Shown in pieces: positions 63,521 through 64,000 of a stretch of 64,000 nucleotides of DNA (its first letter is position 1; each line of letters starts with the position of its first letter). The notes beneath the pieces are model-generated. The model was not told the origin of the DNA, did not search any database, and was given only the letters and a program-made list of their open reading frames with translations. Source of the stretch: Lophium mytilinum (lineage: Eukaryota); NCBI GenBank assembly GCA_010093605.1, contig MU004186.1, forward strand, positions 1,964,616 to 2,028,615, read 5' to 3'. Made by a program: the position numbers and the translations under genes.

Positions 63521-64000
63521 ATGCAGGAGCAGACAATGGACGACCTGACTAATCACGAGAAACCCGATATGGACGAAAAACATGGAGTAGAGGAAGGAGG
63601 TTTAGAGCAAGGCGCCGCCACTGGAACCAATGACTTGCCCATGGTCATGAGAGATGGCATCAAGCTTCACCCACAGCCAACCAGCGATCCTCTCGACCCT
63701 CTGAACTGGGCCCGATGGCGCAAGAATTGCATCCTCGCTATTGTGATGGCACTGTATGTTACCTAATAGCCGCTTCGTATTGTGCACAGTTGACAGGGGC
63801 TAGGTACTTCATGTTTACGTACATCACAACCACAACTGTACCCTCGTTTCCGCAAATCCAGGAACAGTATGGCATCGACCTCGGCCAGGTCAATTGGACC
63901 GTTGCGATACCCGCTTTGGGACTTTCCGTGGGGCCTCTGTTCTGGTCCTCTCTCGCCGACATTTACGGACGCCGTATAATATTTATTATTGGCACAGTCA
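63521..64000 (+). CDS. MFS transporter, 5' part (runs off the window)
   Basis: LHPQPTSDPLDPLNWARWRK motif followed by TM segments (YFMFTYITTTTVP, GPLFWSSLADIYGRR); intron at about 63754-63802. Confidence 0.85.

Overview
Gene-dense 64 kb of a filamentous ascomycete nuclear genome (Pezizomycotina; Dothideomycetes is a guess from protein style) with short GT-AG introns and CTAAC-type branch points. I can support about 27 protein-coding genes. Recognisable ones include an OMA1-like M48 protease, an FAD monooxygenase, an SDR, MTG1, MED20, a GH47 mannosidase, an ENT nucleoside transporter, IWR1, SGF73, a methyltransferase, a Zn2Cys6 factor, ARG8, an M28 carboxypeptidase, a GAR-domain protein, agmatinase, a MATE pump and a partial MFS transporter; the rest are hypothetical. 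There are also two small TIR-element (MITE-like) families with two copies each and a 98-bp hairpin-containing tandem repeat. The standout is a tRNA-Leu(AAG) gene at 42254-42405 that carries two introns: a canonical 16-nt tRNA intron and a 54-nt insertion in the anticodon stem with full spliceosomal signals (GCAAGT donor, TACTAAC branch point, CAG acceptor). This is a candidate spliceosomal intron inside a Pol III tRNA gene. All calls are by eye, intron boundaries are manual, and no database searches were run.
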